Notes under the pieces: generated by a model
Told to the model about the DNA's origin: nothing
The model's database searches: none
What the model saw: only the letters and a program-made list of their open reading frames with translations
Shown here: in pieces, positions 54,795-64,000 of the stretch
How the letters are laid out: each line of letters begins with the position of its first letter
Numbering within the stretch: position 1 is the stretch's first letter
Source of the DNA: Candidatus Bathyarchaeota archaeon
Lineage (GTDB): Archaea > Thermoproteota > Bathyarchaeia > Bathyarchaeales > Bathycorpusculaceae
Direction of reading: 5' to 3'
NCBI GenBank assembly: GCA_026014465.1
Contig: JAOZID010000010.1
Location: 838,303 to 902,302, forward strand
DNA length: 64,000 nucleotides
Program-made: the position numbers and the translations under genes

Positions 54795-55859
54795 ATGAAT
54801 TCTGTTGACGTTTTAGGCAAAACCCCTCGCGAGTTAGGCTACAGGATGCCTGCGGAATGGGAAAAGCACGACTCGATTTGGCTGTCTTGGCCCTACGACC
54901 CTGCTACGTTCCCGTTTCGGGTAGAAAAAGCTGAAGCAACCTACGTGGAAATCATAAAAAGCATTCATGAAAGTGAGCGGGTGAATTTGCTGGTTCGCGA
55001 CAAGGCAATGGAGCAGCGGGTGCAGCGGATGCTTTTGGGGGCAGGCGTGGATTTGGGTCAGGTGCGGTTTTTGCGGTTTGACTACGCGGATGTGTGGTTT
55101 CGCGATTATGGTCCCACCTTTGTGGTTCACGCGCAGGGGGGGTTGGGTATGGTTCGCTGGGTTTTTAATGCGTGGGGCGAAAAATACGATGACTTGTTAA
55201 AAGACCGCTACGTTGGGGATTACCTGCAGCAGCTGATGGTTGGGGTGCCGTGTTTTAAGCCACAGATCGTGTTGGAGGGCGGCTCAGTTGATGTTAACGG
55301 GAAAGGATTGGTGTTGACAACAGAGCAGTGTTTGCTAAACAGCAACCGCAACCCCGAGTTGGATAAAGCGCAAATCGAAGTAATCTTGAAGGATTACTTA
55401 AACGCCAAGAAGGTGATTTGGCTCAAAAAGGGCATAGCAGGCGATGATACGGATGGTCACGTGGATGATATTGCCCGCTTCGTTAGTCCCAGCACGGTTT
55501 TGTGCACCTACGAACCCGACCCCACCGACGAGAACCACGAAATCTTAAAGGAAAACTATGAACTCCTCTGCGACTTTTGTGACCAAGACGGCAACAAACT
55601 CAACGTCATCAAACTGCCCATGCCCACAGTTTTAGGAGACGAAAACGAACGCCTGCCTGCTAGCTACGCTAACTTTTACATAGGCAACAAAACCGTTTTG
55701 GTTCCAGTTTTTGACCATGAAAACGACGCTTTGGCGTTGTCGATTATTCAAGAGCAGTTCCCAGACCGCAAAGCAGTTGGCATTAACTGTGTCGACTTAA
55801 TCTACGGTTTAGGCTCGATACATTGCATCAGCCAGCAACAGCCAGCCGCAAAGGTTTAG
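54795..55859 (+). CDS. aguA: agmatine deiminase
   Basis: WLSWPYD, WFRDYGPTFV, LEGGSVDVNGKG, DGHVDDIARF, GSIHCISQQQP. Confidence 0.9.
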   Translation: MNSVDVLGKTPRELGYRMPAEWEKHDSIWLSWPYDPATFPFRVEKAEATYVEIIKSIHESERVNLLVRDKAMEQRVQRMLLGAGVDLGQVRFLRFDYADVWFRDYGPTFVVHAQGGLGMVRWVFNAWGEKYDDLLKDRYVGDYLQQLMVGVPCFKPQIVLEGGSVDVNGKGLVLTTEQCLLNSNRNPELDKAQIEVILKDYLNAKKVIWLKKGIAGDDTDGHVDDIARFVSPSTVLCTYEPDPTDENHEILKENYELLCDFCDQDGNKLNVIKLPMPTVLGDENERLPASYANFYIGNKTVLVPVFDHENDALALSIIQEQFPDRKAVGINCVDLIYGLGSIHCISQQQPAAKV

Positions 55860-55903
55860 GTTTCCGCGAAAGGTTATAGTAGGTTTGTCGGGAAGGTGTT
55901 TGT

Positions 55904-56695
55904 ATGTCAAAGTTGTATGTGCAGCCTTTGTGCCATGATGATTTGCCGGATTTTGTTGATTTCGCGTGTTTGGGGGGTTATAATTTGGAGGTTGCTTCGT
56001 TTTCTTTTGCTAACGTGTATGAAACAAATTGGCAGGAGGTTTTGGAGGAGCACAAGCGCAGGTTGTTGGGTTTTGGTGGGGAGGTTTCGTTTCATGGGGT
56101 TTTTCAAGATTTAAGCGTGCACAGCAGTGACAAGCGGATTTGGCAGGTTTCTAAAGAAAGAATTCAAAGTAGCTTGGAGGTGGCGCAGGCATTGAACGCG
56201 TCAAAAGCGGTTTTTCACGGGAATTTTAATCCGTTCATAACTGACCCGGACTACAAGAAAAACTGGGTGGAACGCAACGCAGAGTTTTGGAGCCAAGCCT
56301 TAGACAGTTTTGGGGGCATAATACTTTTGGAGAATGTTTGGGATGCTTTGCCTGACGCGTTCGGGGCGCTTTTTGAGGCGGTGGGTTCTTCGCGGTTTAA
56401 GATGTGCTTTGATGTGGGGCACGCGAACGTGTATTCAAAAAAGCCGTTAAAAGAGTGGCTCTCTGATTTACGGTCGGAGATTGTGTACATGCACTTTAGT
56501 GATAACGCGGGCGAGGCGGATCAGCATTTGGAGATGGGCAAAGGCAAAATCGACTGGAACCAGTTCACCCAAGAACTTGAAAACCAAAACATGCACCCCG
56601 ACGTCACGCTGGAAATGATAACCCTAGAAAAAACCAAAAACTCAGTGCAGTACATGCAAAAACACGCAATATACCCCTTCAACCAAGCCAAATAG
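55904..56695 (+). CDS. sugar phosphate isomerase/epimerase (xylose-isomerase-like TIM barrel)
   Basis: VFHGNF, LLENVWD, CFDVGHANV, MHFSDN metal-ligand-like blocks. Confidence 0.7.
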   Translation: MSKLYVQPLCHDDLPDFVDFACLGGYNLEVASFSFANVYETNWQEVLEEHKRRLLGFGGEVSFHGVFQDLSVHSSDKRIWQVSKERIQSSLEVAQALNASKAVFHGNFNPFITDPDYKKNWVERNAEFWSQALDSFGGIILLENVWDALPDAFGALFEAVGSSRFKMCFDVGHANVYSKKPLKEWLSDLRSEIVYMHFSDNAGEADQHLEMGKGKIDWNQFTQELENQNMHPDVTLEMITLEKTKNSVQYMQKHAIYPFNQAK

Positions 56696-56832
56696 GAAGA
56701 ATGCAGGTTTTCTTGGGTGTGATTGGTAAAACCTGTAAACGGTAAGCAAATACATTTAACAGTCTGCAGGGAAATCCAGATTTGGAGAGGTAAACGCTGA
56801 GTCTGTATAGGCTTCGCGCCCAAAAAGATGAT

Positions 56833-57378
56833 GTGCTGTTTGGTTTGGCAAATGTAGCGCGGCGGTGTGGTTTTACGCCTAATATGATGACGGCGTTGGG
56901 TTTGGGTTTTGGCGTAGCTTCGGGTGCTGCGTTATCGTTTGGGGGGTTGTTGTTTGCGTTTGCCTTTGGGTTTTTAAGCGTGTTTTGTGATGTGCTGGAC
57001 GGGACTATAGCGCGCAAGTTCCATTTAGAATCAAAAGAGGGGCTGGTTTTTGACTCGTTTGCTGACCGAACCTCAGAACTCGCAGTTGTAGTCGGCGCAT
57101 TGGCAGGCGGCATCATAGAACCCATCGGAGTAGTCGCCATCGTCGGCTCCACCGCACTTTTCGCCCTACGCAGCCTAAGCCACTCACGCGGATTCAAAAC
57201 CGACTACGTCTACTTTGGCAGAGCAGAACGCCTCACCTTCATACTGCTAGGACTAATCGTGCCTGCCTCAGGCATAAGCAGCCTATGCTTCGTACTCGCA
57301 GGCGGCTTTGGATTATTCTCTTCCGCCCAAATCGCAGTGTTTCTGTGGCGCCAAAAAATACACATGCAACCCGCATAA
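56833..57378 (+). CDS. CDP-alcohol phosphatidyltransferase family protein
   Basis: CDVLDGTIARKFHLESKEGLVFDSFADRTSE fits D-G-x2-A-R-x8-G-x3-D-x3-D exactly. GTG start; true N-terminus uncertain. Confidence 0.85.
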   Translation: MLFGLANVARRCGFTPNMMTALGLGFGVASGAALSFGGLLFAFAFGFLSVFCDVLDGTIARKFHLESKEGLVFDSFADRTSELAVVVGALAGGIIEPIGVVAIVGSTALFALRSLSHSRGFKTDYVYFGRAERLTFILLGLIVPASGISSLCFVLAGGFGLFSSAQIAVFLWRQKIHMQPA

Positions 57379-57407
57379 CCAACTGCAACAAGCCAGAAAA
57401 AATGGCG

Positions 57408-58313
57408 TTACGGAGTTTTTCTTCGTTTGAAGAAGCTTAGCACTATGGCAACTACAATAACAGCCAACGCTGCGGCTAAGACGATTATGCCTACGGGTAT
57501 GTGCGTGGTGGGGGTGGGTTGGGTTGTGGAGGCGTGCATGAGGGGGTAGCGGTCTTGATTTAGGACATCAATGATGTAGGGGGTATCGCCAATGCCATCA
57601 CCGTCTGCGTCGGTTCCTGTATAGTCGCTCCAGTAGTTGCCGCGTCCGCCGTAATCCCAAGTGTGTACTTCCTCATCTGTGGTGTAGGGGTTTTCGCAAA
57701 AGCAACCGCTAAAATGCACGTCGTTATCTACAAATGCGTTATGAGCCAAAACAATATCGAGGGGTTCGTCGCCTGGCGTGTTTACTCCAAAGAAGATGCC
57801 TTGTTCGTTGCGTGCTATGTGGTTTTCCATGATGCGGTTGGAGTCGCCTGAGAGCAGGATGCCTACGATGTTGTCAGTTACCGAGCAGCCTTGCAAGGTG
57901 TTATGCGAGGTCCAAAGGTAGATGCCTACGTAAAAGTTGCGTATGTTAAGGTTGCACACGGTGAGGTTTTGGAGTCCTTTGCGGGCTAAATCGATGCCCA
58001 TGGTCCAGGGTACGGGGCTTAGGTCTTGGTCGGGGCCTTTTCCCACTACGAAATCGTCGGTTCGGGTGCCATTGTAGGTACCTTCTAACGTGTAGCCTGA
58101 GCCGTCGATTACGATGTTGTCGCAGTCAACGATTATGGAGGCGTAGACGTTTCCCGTGAAGGTGTAGACGTTGCCGTAGCGTTGAATGGGGTATGTTGTG
58201 GGTTCAAGGCTGCCGTCGGGCAAAATCTTGACGGTGGGCGGGTTATTTTCTGCGTCTTGGGCGGCAACGGCGGGTAACATCAGGCAAAACGCCAAAGCCA
58301 GAATCATAACCAA
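57408..58313 (-). CDS. surface-anchored right-handed parallel beta-helix (NosD/PbH1-like) protein
   Basis: Signal peptide, repeated ..N.I.GI.L....N.I..N.. turns, DADGDGIGD calcium-like loop, PTPTT linker, C-terminal TM plus KRRK. Confidence 0.7.
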   Translation of the reverse strand: MVMILALAFCLMLPAVAAQDAENNPPTVKILPDGSLEPTTYPIQRYGNVYTFTGNVYASIIVDCDNIVIDGSGYTLEGTYNGTRTDDFVVGKGPDQDLSPVPWTMGIDLARKGLQNLTVCNLNIRNFYVGIYLWTSHNTLQGCSVTDNIVGILLSGDSNRIMENHIARNEQGIFFGVNTPGDEPLDIVLAHNAFVDNDVHFSGCFCENPYTTDEEVHTWDYGGRGNYWSDYTGTDADGDGIGDTPYIIDVLNQDRYPLMHASTTQPTPTTHIPVGIIVLAAALAVIVVAIVLSFFKRRKTP

Positions 58314-58335
58314 AAGGGCGGGTTTGTGCGTCGTT

Positions 58336-60087
58336 TTAGGCAGCCTCCTCTGGTTGGTTTGGTTTGTCGTTGGATTTATTGTTTAGCCAGTTGCGTGACT
58401 TCGCCACGGTTTTTCCCAGAACCTTGAATTGCAGGCAGTCTTCGTAGGGGCACATCTCCACACACCGCAAGCACATTATGCATTGGGAAGTTGCCACGTC
58501 CCCGCCTTTGAGCTCGTAAACCTCGGTAACTTCAGTTGGGCAGACCCGTTTGCAGATGCCGCATTTCGTGCATTTCTCCGCGGTTTTCTCCAGCCGCACC
58601 CCCGACACCCACTTAAACGGCGCAAAACGGTTAAACAACGCAATCAACCCGCCCAACGGACAAATGCGACACCACGAACGCCTGAAAAAGAACGCTGCTA
58701 TAGTAACTAGAATCAGTATGGAAACGTTTAGCGATGTTACGTATTGTCCTAGTTGGAGGAAGTCGCCTGTGGTGGGGCTGAAAATCCAGTCGGGGCGCAT
58801 TACGCCTGTGTATGCTTGGGAGAAGACGCATAGGGGCTTCATGGGGCAGACTTGGCAAAACGGCGCGGCAAAGTACGTGTAGATGAAGCCGCCTTTTTCG
58901 GTTTCGGGGATTAGTTGGGTGCCAAATAGGCTTTGGGAAGCAAAAAGTACGCTTAGAATGAGCATGGCGGCTAATATGACGTAGCTTAGCTGGTGGAAGC
59001 GTTCGTTAAATTTGGGTGAGAAACGCCGATGCCGTATCTGCAGGGCTTTACGCAGGCGGGTAATCAAATCCACGTACAGTCCAAACGGGCAAATCCAGCC
59101 ACACCAAAACCTGCCCAGCAGAACCGAAGCCACAACCACCAACCCAACCACAATCGCCAACCGCTCCGCGCCTGACATCAAGTAATCTACGCCCCAGCCG
59201 CGTCCCGCATCCCAAAACGGGTAAATGTACGCCTGCAGCTCCCAAAGCGGACACGTCACCGTGCGTCCACAGGGAAACCAGCAGCCAAAAACAGGCAAAG
59301 GCAAACCATCAGGCAAATCCCCAAAAGCCTCTGCACCGATAAGGTATTCGTGAGTGGCGATTTGCTCGGCGGGTATGGGCAAGTTTTGATGGTCGACAAA
59401 AACGCCAAAGAAGATTAGGAAAATAAAGGCGATTTGCACGAACAATCGTATGCCACTAATGGTTCGGGTTTTGTTTCTTGCTCCTGCAGCTATAGCAACT
59501 ACGCCTACGCTTAGCGATATGGCAGCTAACGCAAAGATGAGGTAGTTAGGTTTGAATGGGGGCAAGGGTAGGGGGGTGGGTTGGGGTGCGAGGGGGTTGT
59601 TGGGGTCGGTGACGTTGGCGTAGAGTCTGTCGCTTATGTGGTCGCGGATGGGAAAGATGTTCCAGTAACCAACCATGTCAAGCGTTTGGGTTACAGAGAA
59701 GCGCCCCTGCGCGTCCGTGGTTACGTTACGATCAATCCACGTGTAATCAGGACGAGTAAAAGTTACGCGTATAGTAAAGTTGGCGTCAGGAGGAGAGATT
59801 TCGCCCCAAACGGTAACCGACTCACCCAAGTAAACGTCGACCTTGCTGATGTTTGCGGTTATGCAAGGACCATAGCAGGCAAGAGGCGGCTCAACCTCAT
59901 AGGCAGCGGGGGTTTGCTGGTTAACCTGTGTAGCGAGCGGGGCGGGATTGTTGGTTGCGGCGGTAGCTTGCAGGGCAAAAGGCTGAGCTACAGATAAGAA
60001 AAAGACTGCGACAAGCAGCATGGCAGGTACAAAAACGGTTTTGGGCGACAACTTCCTTTGCTTGCTAGAAGCCAGAGCCACACCCAT
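58336..60087 (-). CDS. NapH/MauN-like polytopic 4Fe-4S (polyferredoxin) membrane protein with N-terminal extracytoplasmic Ig-like domain
   Basis: Repeated CxxxCP motifs on TM loops (FWCGWICPFG, SWCRICPLGG) and a C-terminal 2x[4Fe-4S] ferredoxin (CTKCGICKRVCP...CIMCLRCVEMCP). Confidence 0.75.
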   Translation of the reverse strand: MGVALASSKQRKLSPKTVFVPAMLLVAVFFLSVAQPFALQATAATNNPAPLATQVNQQTPAAYEVEPPLACYGPCITANISKVDVYLGESVTVWGEISPPDANFTIRVTFTRPDYTWIDRNVTTDAQGRFSVTQTLDMVGYWNIFPIRDHISDRLYANVTDPNNPLAPQPTPLPLPPFKPNYLIFALAAISLSVGVVAIAAGARNKTRTISGIRLFVQIAFIFLIFFGVFVDHQNLPIPAEQIATHEYLIGAEAFGDLPDGLPLPVFGCWFPCGRTVTCPLWELQAYIYPFWDAGRGWGVDYLMSGAERLAIVVGLVVVASVLLGRFWCGWICPFGLYVDLITRLRKALQIRHRRFSPKFNERFHQLSYVILAAMLILSVLFASQSLFGTQLIPETEKGGFIYTYFAAPFCQVCPMKPLCVFSQAYTGVMRPDWIFSPTTGDFLQLGQYVTSLNVSILILVTIAAFFFRRSWCRICPLGGLIALFNRFAPFKWVSGVRLEKTAEKCTKCGICKRVCPTEVTEVYELKGGDVATSQCIMCLRCVEMCPYEDCLQFKVLGKTVAKSRNWLNNKSNDKPNQPEEAA

Positions 60088-60251
60088 CTCTTTTATGCCA
60101 CCAGTTCAGCACGTAAAAATACTGACTTAGCCTTAACTTAAAAACCTTGGCAAACCCCCAGTTAACCCCCAACACGCGCACTAACAGAGCAAAAACAGCC
60201 TCAGCAACAACCAGAAGCACAGAAACCTTTTGGCAAAGTTTTCGAGAGGGG

Positions 60252-61511
60252 TTAGATGGTGATGGTTTCTTGTTTTTCTGGTATGTGGACGTTGGTGAGG
60301 GGGCTGATTTTTTGTTTGAGGGCTTGGGCTTGTTCGATGTCGCCGTGGATGAGAAGCGTTTTTTTGGGTTTGAGTTTTTCGACGAGTTTTGTGAGTTGGG
60401 TTTGGTCGGCGTGTCCTGAGAGCTCGATTTGGGTTATGTCTGCTTGCAAGGTGAAGGATTCGCCGTTGACTTTGAAGTGGCGGTTTTCTTTGGCGGCTTT
60501 CATGGGGCTATCGGGGGGCAGGTAACCGGAGGTTAGGATGATGGTGTTGTAGTCGACTTCTGCCCACTGCATTAGCAAGTTGAGGCTTGCGCCTGCGTGT
60601 CCAAACCCTGAGGTGCAGATGACGATGGCGGGTTCTTGGATTTCGCTGGTGCGCTCAAGGTTTTTTACGTGCTTGTAGGTGAAGGGTTGGCTTTGCTCTT
60701 GAAGCTCTTTGGTGAACAGGTGCGGGTTAGCGTTAAAGTGCGCGGTGACTTTGTTGGCTAAATTTGAAATTGTGTAAACGTTGTATTTGGGCAGGACACC
60801 TTGTGTTATGGCGTTGTCGATGCGTTTAGCCATCTCCTGTGTGCGGTGGAAAGCAAACGTTGGAATCAAAACGTTCCCCCGATGCCTTAGGGTGACCTTG
60901 ACTTTAGAGAAAAACTGCTCTATCAACTCTTTGCGCGGCGGTCTGACTTTTCCGCCGTATGTGGACTCGGAAATCAAAACATCGGGAGTCTTGGGCAGCG
61001 CGTCGATGGTGCAGCCGTCAAGAATCTCGGTGTCGTGAAGGCAAAAGTCCCCCGTGTACAGGACGGTTTTGTCTTCGCATTGGAGGCTTATCATTTTGGC
61101 TCCTGCGACGTGCCCTGCGCCGTGTAACTGGGCGGTCATGCCTGGCAAGTTGAGGTGGTCGGTTACGAGCCAGGAGTCTTTGACTTTGGCGGCGGCTTGG
61201 ATGTCGTAGTTGGCTTTGCCTTTGGAGTTTTGGATTTTAATCATGTCTTTGAGCAAATCAACGGTTATGTCGCGGGTAATTTTAGAACCCACAATTACCT
61301 GTTTGTTTCGGGACTTGTGCAGGCGTACTAAACTGCCCGTGTGGTCCAAGTGGGCGTGGCTGATGAATATGGCGTCAAAGTTTTTGGGGTACTGGTCAGT
61401 TACGCCGTCAAGTTTTATACCGTAATCTAAAGCGACTTTGCACTCTTGGGTTTCAACTGCAACACAAGAACCGCCAACTTCACGGGCGCCGCCTAACACT
61501 TTAATCTTCAA
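60252..61511 (-). CDS. MBL-fold beta-CASP ribonuclease (aCPSF2/RNase J-like size class)
   Basis: ISHAHLDHTGSL (HxHxDH), beta-CASP spacing, C-terminal SGHAD and LIHGD motifs. Confidence 0.85.
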   Translation of the reverse strand: MKIKVLGGAREVGGSCVAVETQECKVALDYGIKLDGVTDQYPKNFDAIFISHAHLDHTGSLVRLHKSRNKQVIVGSKITRDITVDLLKDMIKIQNSKGKANYDIQAAAKVKDSWLVTDHLNLPGMTAQLHGAGHVAGAKMISLQCEDKTVLYTGDFCLHDTEILDGCTIDALPKTPDVLISESTYGGKVRPPRKELIEQFFSKVKVTLRHRGNVLIPTFAFHRTQEMAKRIDNAITQGVLPKYNVYTISNLANKVTAHFNANPHLFTKELQEQSQPFTYKHVKNLERTSEIQEPAIVICTSGFGHAGASLNLLMQWAEVDYNTIILTSGYLPPDSPMKAAKENRHFKVNGESFTLQADITQIELSGHADQTQLTKLVEKLKPKKTLLIHGDIEQAQALKQKISPLTNVHIPEKQETITI

Positions 61512-61748
61512 CTTGTCACCTCAAACCCAAACGCATGCTTTCAAAAAGCAAACTACAGCTCAACTACCGCTTGGGATACTTCAACGTAAACGGCAGCAAA
61601 GAAACACATTAACCTATTGATAAAAACAGCAGGTTTCCCACAAGCAACCCATGCGTCAACCAGAACATGCACAAAAAACCGTGCAAGCCTGAAAGGTTTG
61701 TTTAACCAACTTTTTTAATAGAGTAGCAGATATTTGAGTAGCTAATAG

Positions 61749-62900
61749 GTGCGCAAGATGGTAGATGCTGAGATTTCTAAGAGGCTAAAAGAAGAAACAG
61801 AGCAAATACGCAGTTACCTCAAAGAGCAGGGAAAGATAGAAGAAAACATAATGCTTCCACGAAAAGAGTCGGTGCAGGGCGAAGCGGTGGCTGTGGCGTA
61901 TCCGATTTTGGGTTTGGAGAAGTATCTGGGTTTGTGTGAAAGTAGTTTGCGTTTGGCGTATTTTCCTTCGGTTTCGATTTGTCATGATGTCATGCGTACG
62001 GTTACGTATGTGAAGTTTGGGGAAGAGTTTGGGGATGATTGTTTTGTTGTGAATGGGGAAAAGGTGGATAAGAGGGGTATGCGGGCGTTTGGGATTTTGG
62101 AGCGTTTTCGACAGGATACGGGAATTAAAACGCGGGCGCTTGTTGTGTCGCGAAACATATTTAGGGCGGGCGAGGGCGCGAAGGGGTTGGGCACGTCAGC
62201 GTCTGCGGGTGCGGCGTTGGTTAAGGCGATGATAGCAGCAGCGTACGGCGAAGAAACGAGCAATAACACGCAGCTTACCTCTGCCTACGCAAGGCTCTTC
62301 GCAGGGTCGGCGTCCAGGTCGGTAACAGGCGGCATTTCAGTTTGGTTCTCATACGAAGGCATAAAACCTCAAGAATCATACTCCAAAAGAGTCGACAACA
62401 ACCAGTTAGACCTCAAACTCGTCTCAGTACCAATGCCACTAGCAATTACCACAGATCAAATGCACAAACAAGCCGTTTTATCCCCCATCTACCAACAATG
62501 GATAACCAACAAAGCCAAACACACGCTAGAGTTAGTCAAACATGTAGAAGAAAATAACGTACCCAAAATAGGCGAAATAGCCGAAGCCGACACAAGATTC
62601 TTCCACGCCATGCTACTAACAAGAGGCGCCCTAGTCTGGAGACCCGAAACAGTTGCCCTAATCCACCTCGCAAGAAAACTAAAAGCCCAAAACATACCCG
62701 CACACTACTCCATCGACACAGGACCAACAGTGTTTTTCATAACGCAAACCCAGCATGCACAAAAAATCGCAGAAGAAGCCAAAAACATCGTGGGAGAAAA
62801 ATACCCCGTTGTCGTAGCAGACATGGCTGGTCCAGCGCAGATAAACAAAGAGCAAGAAACCAAGAAAGCCTTGCTTGAAGACGCAAAAGCAGCGAGCTAA
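61749..62900 (+). CDS. mevalonate (di)phosphate decarboxylase family GHMP protein
   Basis: GLGTSASAGAALVKA (GHMP ATP loop) and SIDTGPTVFF (retained catalytic Asp block). Probable start ATG 61758. Confidence 0.8.
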   Translation: MRKMVDAEISKRLKEETEQIRSYLKEQGKIEENIMLPRKESVQGEAVAVAYPILGLEKYLGLCESSLRLAYFPSVSICHDVMRTVTYVKFGEEFGDDCFVVNGEKVDKRGMRAFGILERFRQDTGIKTRALVVSRNIFRAGEGAKGLGTSASAGAALVKAMIAAAYGEETSNNTQLTSAYARLFAGSASRSVTGGISVWFSYEGIKPQESYSKRVDNNQLDLKLVSVPMPLAITTDQMHKQAVLSPIYQQWITNKAKHTLELVKHVEENNVPKIGEIAEADTRFFHAMLLTRGALVWRPETVALIHLARKLKAQNIPAHYSIDTGPTVFFITQTQHAQKIAEEAKNIVGEKYPVVVADMAGPAQINKEQETKKALLEDAKAAS

Positions 62901-63088
62901 AGCAAGCAGATCAGGTATAGCGTGCTGTGTTACACGCGCCAGAGGCTTTGTCCGTGGAATTGCAGGAGTAGATTGCAAGGTAACAGCACAGGCTGTGGTT
63001 TTGGGTGTGGTTTAGGCGGGTTTGGTTTTGTTTGGTTCTGGTAAGACTTTTCAATAAGAACCTTGATTATTGAGTGTGAAGGTTCGTA

Positions 63089-63895
63089 GTGATGAGCGAA
63101 GCAAAACCCACGATTTTGAAAATCGGCGGCTCCGTGATTACTGACAAGAACGGGGAGCTTGCTGCTAAAACTGAAGCGATTAACAGGATAGCGGAGGAGA
63201 TTAAGCGGGCGGATATGGATAATTTGGTTGTGGTTCATGGCGGCGGCAGCTTTGGTCATCCCACGGCGCAAAAGTACAACATCAGTGAGGGGTTAAAGGA
63301 GGATTCGCAGAAAGTCGGTTTTTCCGAAACCCATCACGTCATGACGGTTCTTAACGGGTTGGTTATGGATGCATTTGTTTGGCACGAAATACCCTCCCTA
63401 AGCGTTACGCCCTCATCATGCATCACCACCGAGGATGGCAGGATAAAAACGTTTGAAGACTCCATTGTTTGCAAATGCATGCAGATGGGGTTTGTTCCTG
63501 TGCTTTACGGCGACGCAGTTTTCGACCAAAAGAAGGGCTTCACAGTGCTTTCAGGCGACCAACTCGTCGCATACTTAGCCACCAAGCTAAAAGCACAAAA
63601 AATCGTCATAGGCGTTGACACTGACGGCTTGTTTGACTCAGACCCCAAAACCAACAGCGAAGCACAACGTTACCCCCGCCTAACCCTAGACGAACTCAAA
63701 GAGTTACAGGGTAAAATCGGCAAAGCCCAAGGAACCGACGTGACAGGGGGCATGGCAGGCAAAATCTCCGAGTTAATCCCAGCTATCGAACAGGGCATCC
63801 CAGTTAAAATTGTGAACGCGTCTAGGGGTCAACGGGTTTACCGTGCCTTAGCGGATTTGAATATTGAGGGCACGTTGATAGAGAAGAAGGCGTAA
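63089..63895 (+). CDS. ipk: isopentenyl phosphate kinase
   Basis: ILKIGGSVITDK, VVVHGGGSFGHP, amino-acid-kinase fold length; adjacent to MVD-like and IDI2 genes. Confidence 0.88.
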   Translation: MMSEAKPTILKIGGSVITDKNGELAAKTEAINRIAEEIKRADMDNLVVVHGGGSFGHPTAQKYNISEGLKEDSQKVGFSETHHVMTVLNGLVMDAFVWHEIPSLSVTPSSCITTEDGRIKTFEDSIVCKCMQMGFVPVLYGDAVFDQKKGFTVLSGDQLVAYLATKLKAQKIVIGVDTDGLFDSDPKTNSEAQRYPRLTLDELKELQGKIGKAQGTDVTGGMAGKISELIPAIEQGIPVKIVNASRGQRVYRALADLNIEGTLIEKKA

Positions 63896-63897
63896 AC

Positions 63898-64000
63898 TTG
63901 GCTGAGGAAACAATAAAACGCAAAAACGAACATATTCAAATCTGCTTAGAAGAAAAAGTGGAGGCGAAAAACGTTACTGCGGGATTTGAAGACCTCAGCT
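63898..64000 (+). CDS. fni: type 2 isopentenyl-diphosphate delta-isomerase, 5' fragment (runs off window)
   Basis: TTG 63898 then AEETIKRKNEHIQICLEEKVEAKNVTAGFEDLS, the typical IDI-2 N-terminus (RK.EH..I). Confidence 0.7.
   Translation, partial: MAEETIKRKNEHIQICLEEKVEAKNVTAGFEDLS

Noticed and set aside
56679-57197. 172-aa minus-strand ORF
   Set aside because: It is antisense to the CDP-alcohol phosphatidyltransferase gene, which carries an exact family signature. The antisense product is low-complexity (P/A/N/T-rich).

Overview
Archaeal chromosomal window. Archaea-specific genes include eL19, eL32, eS4, RNase P Rpp29, a thermosome, prefoldin and isopentenyl phosphate kinase. The lineage cannot be fixed from sequence alone. 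All calls rest on my own reading of motifs, gene order and hand translation. No database search was run, and start codons are approximate.

Layout:
(1) 1-24 kb is core genome: uS2-enolase, prefoldin beta, a DHH phosphoesterase, an ECF transporter energizing module (ecfA1A2T), two surface or membrane proteins, an Nfo-like TIM barrel, tandem MoeA genes, an 18-gene ribosomal protein cluster (uL22 to uL30, including uS14, which the ORF track missed), a stand-alone 5S rRNA, an orphan hypE and a TrmB-type regulator.
(2) A tRNA-Leu(UAG) lies at 24047-24134. It is followed by an intact tyrosine integrase and a visibly A+T-richer accessory block running to about 52.3 kb. A 39-nt direct repeat of the tRNA 3' end at 48737-48775 delimits a ~24.6-kb integrated element. 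Two further, more degenerate tRNA-3' copies (51331-51379 and 52275-52297) suggest serial integrations.
(3) 53.7-64 kb is core genome again: aguB-aguA, a TIM-barrel isomerase, a CDP-alcohol phosphatidyltransferase, a beta-helix surface protein paired with a NapH-like polyferredoxin, a beta-CASP RNase, and an MVD-like/IPK/IDI2 mevalonate cluster.

Most interesting signals:
- A 7-copy palindromic box (AACTCCCTCGGAATGAG) sits next to TATA-like elements in front of every transcription unit of a 10-kb transporter/membrane-protein module in the island.
- Three tandem GAA-rich hairpins lie in one intergenic region.
- A wHTH plus nucleotidyltransferase pair (AbiE-like) has a homopolymer frameshift.
- A 4xCBS protein is fused to an HPF/RaiA-like domain and sits beside an island-borne thermosome.
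- An HpnH-like radical SAM gene is translationally coupled to an RHH protein with an acidic tail.
- Charged low-complexity tails occur on seven ribosomal proteins.
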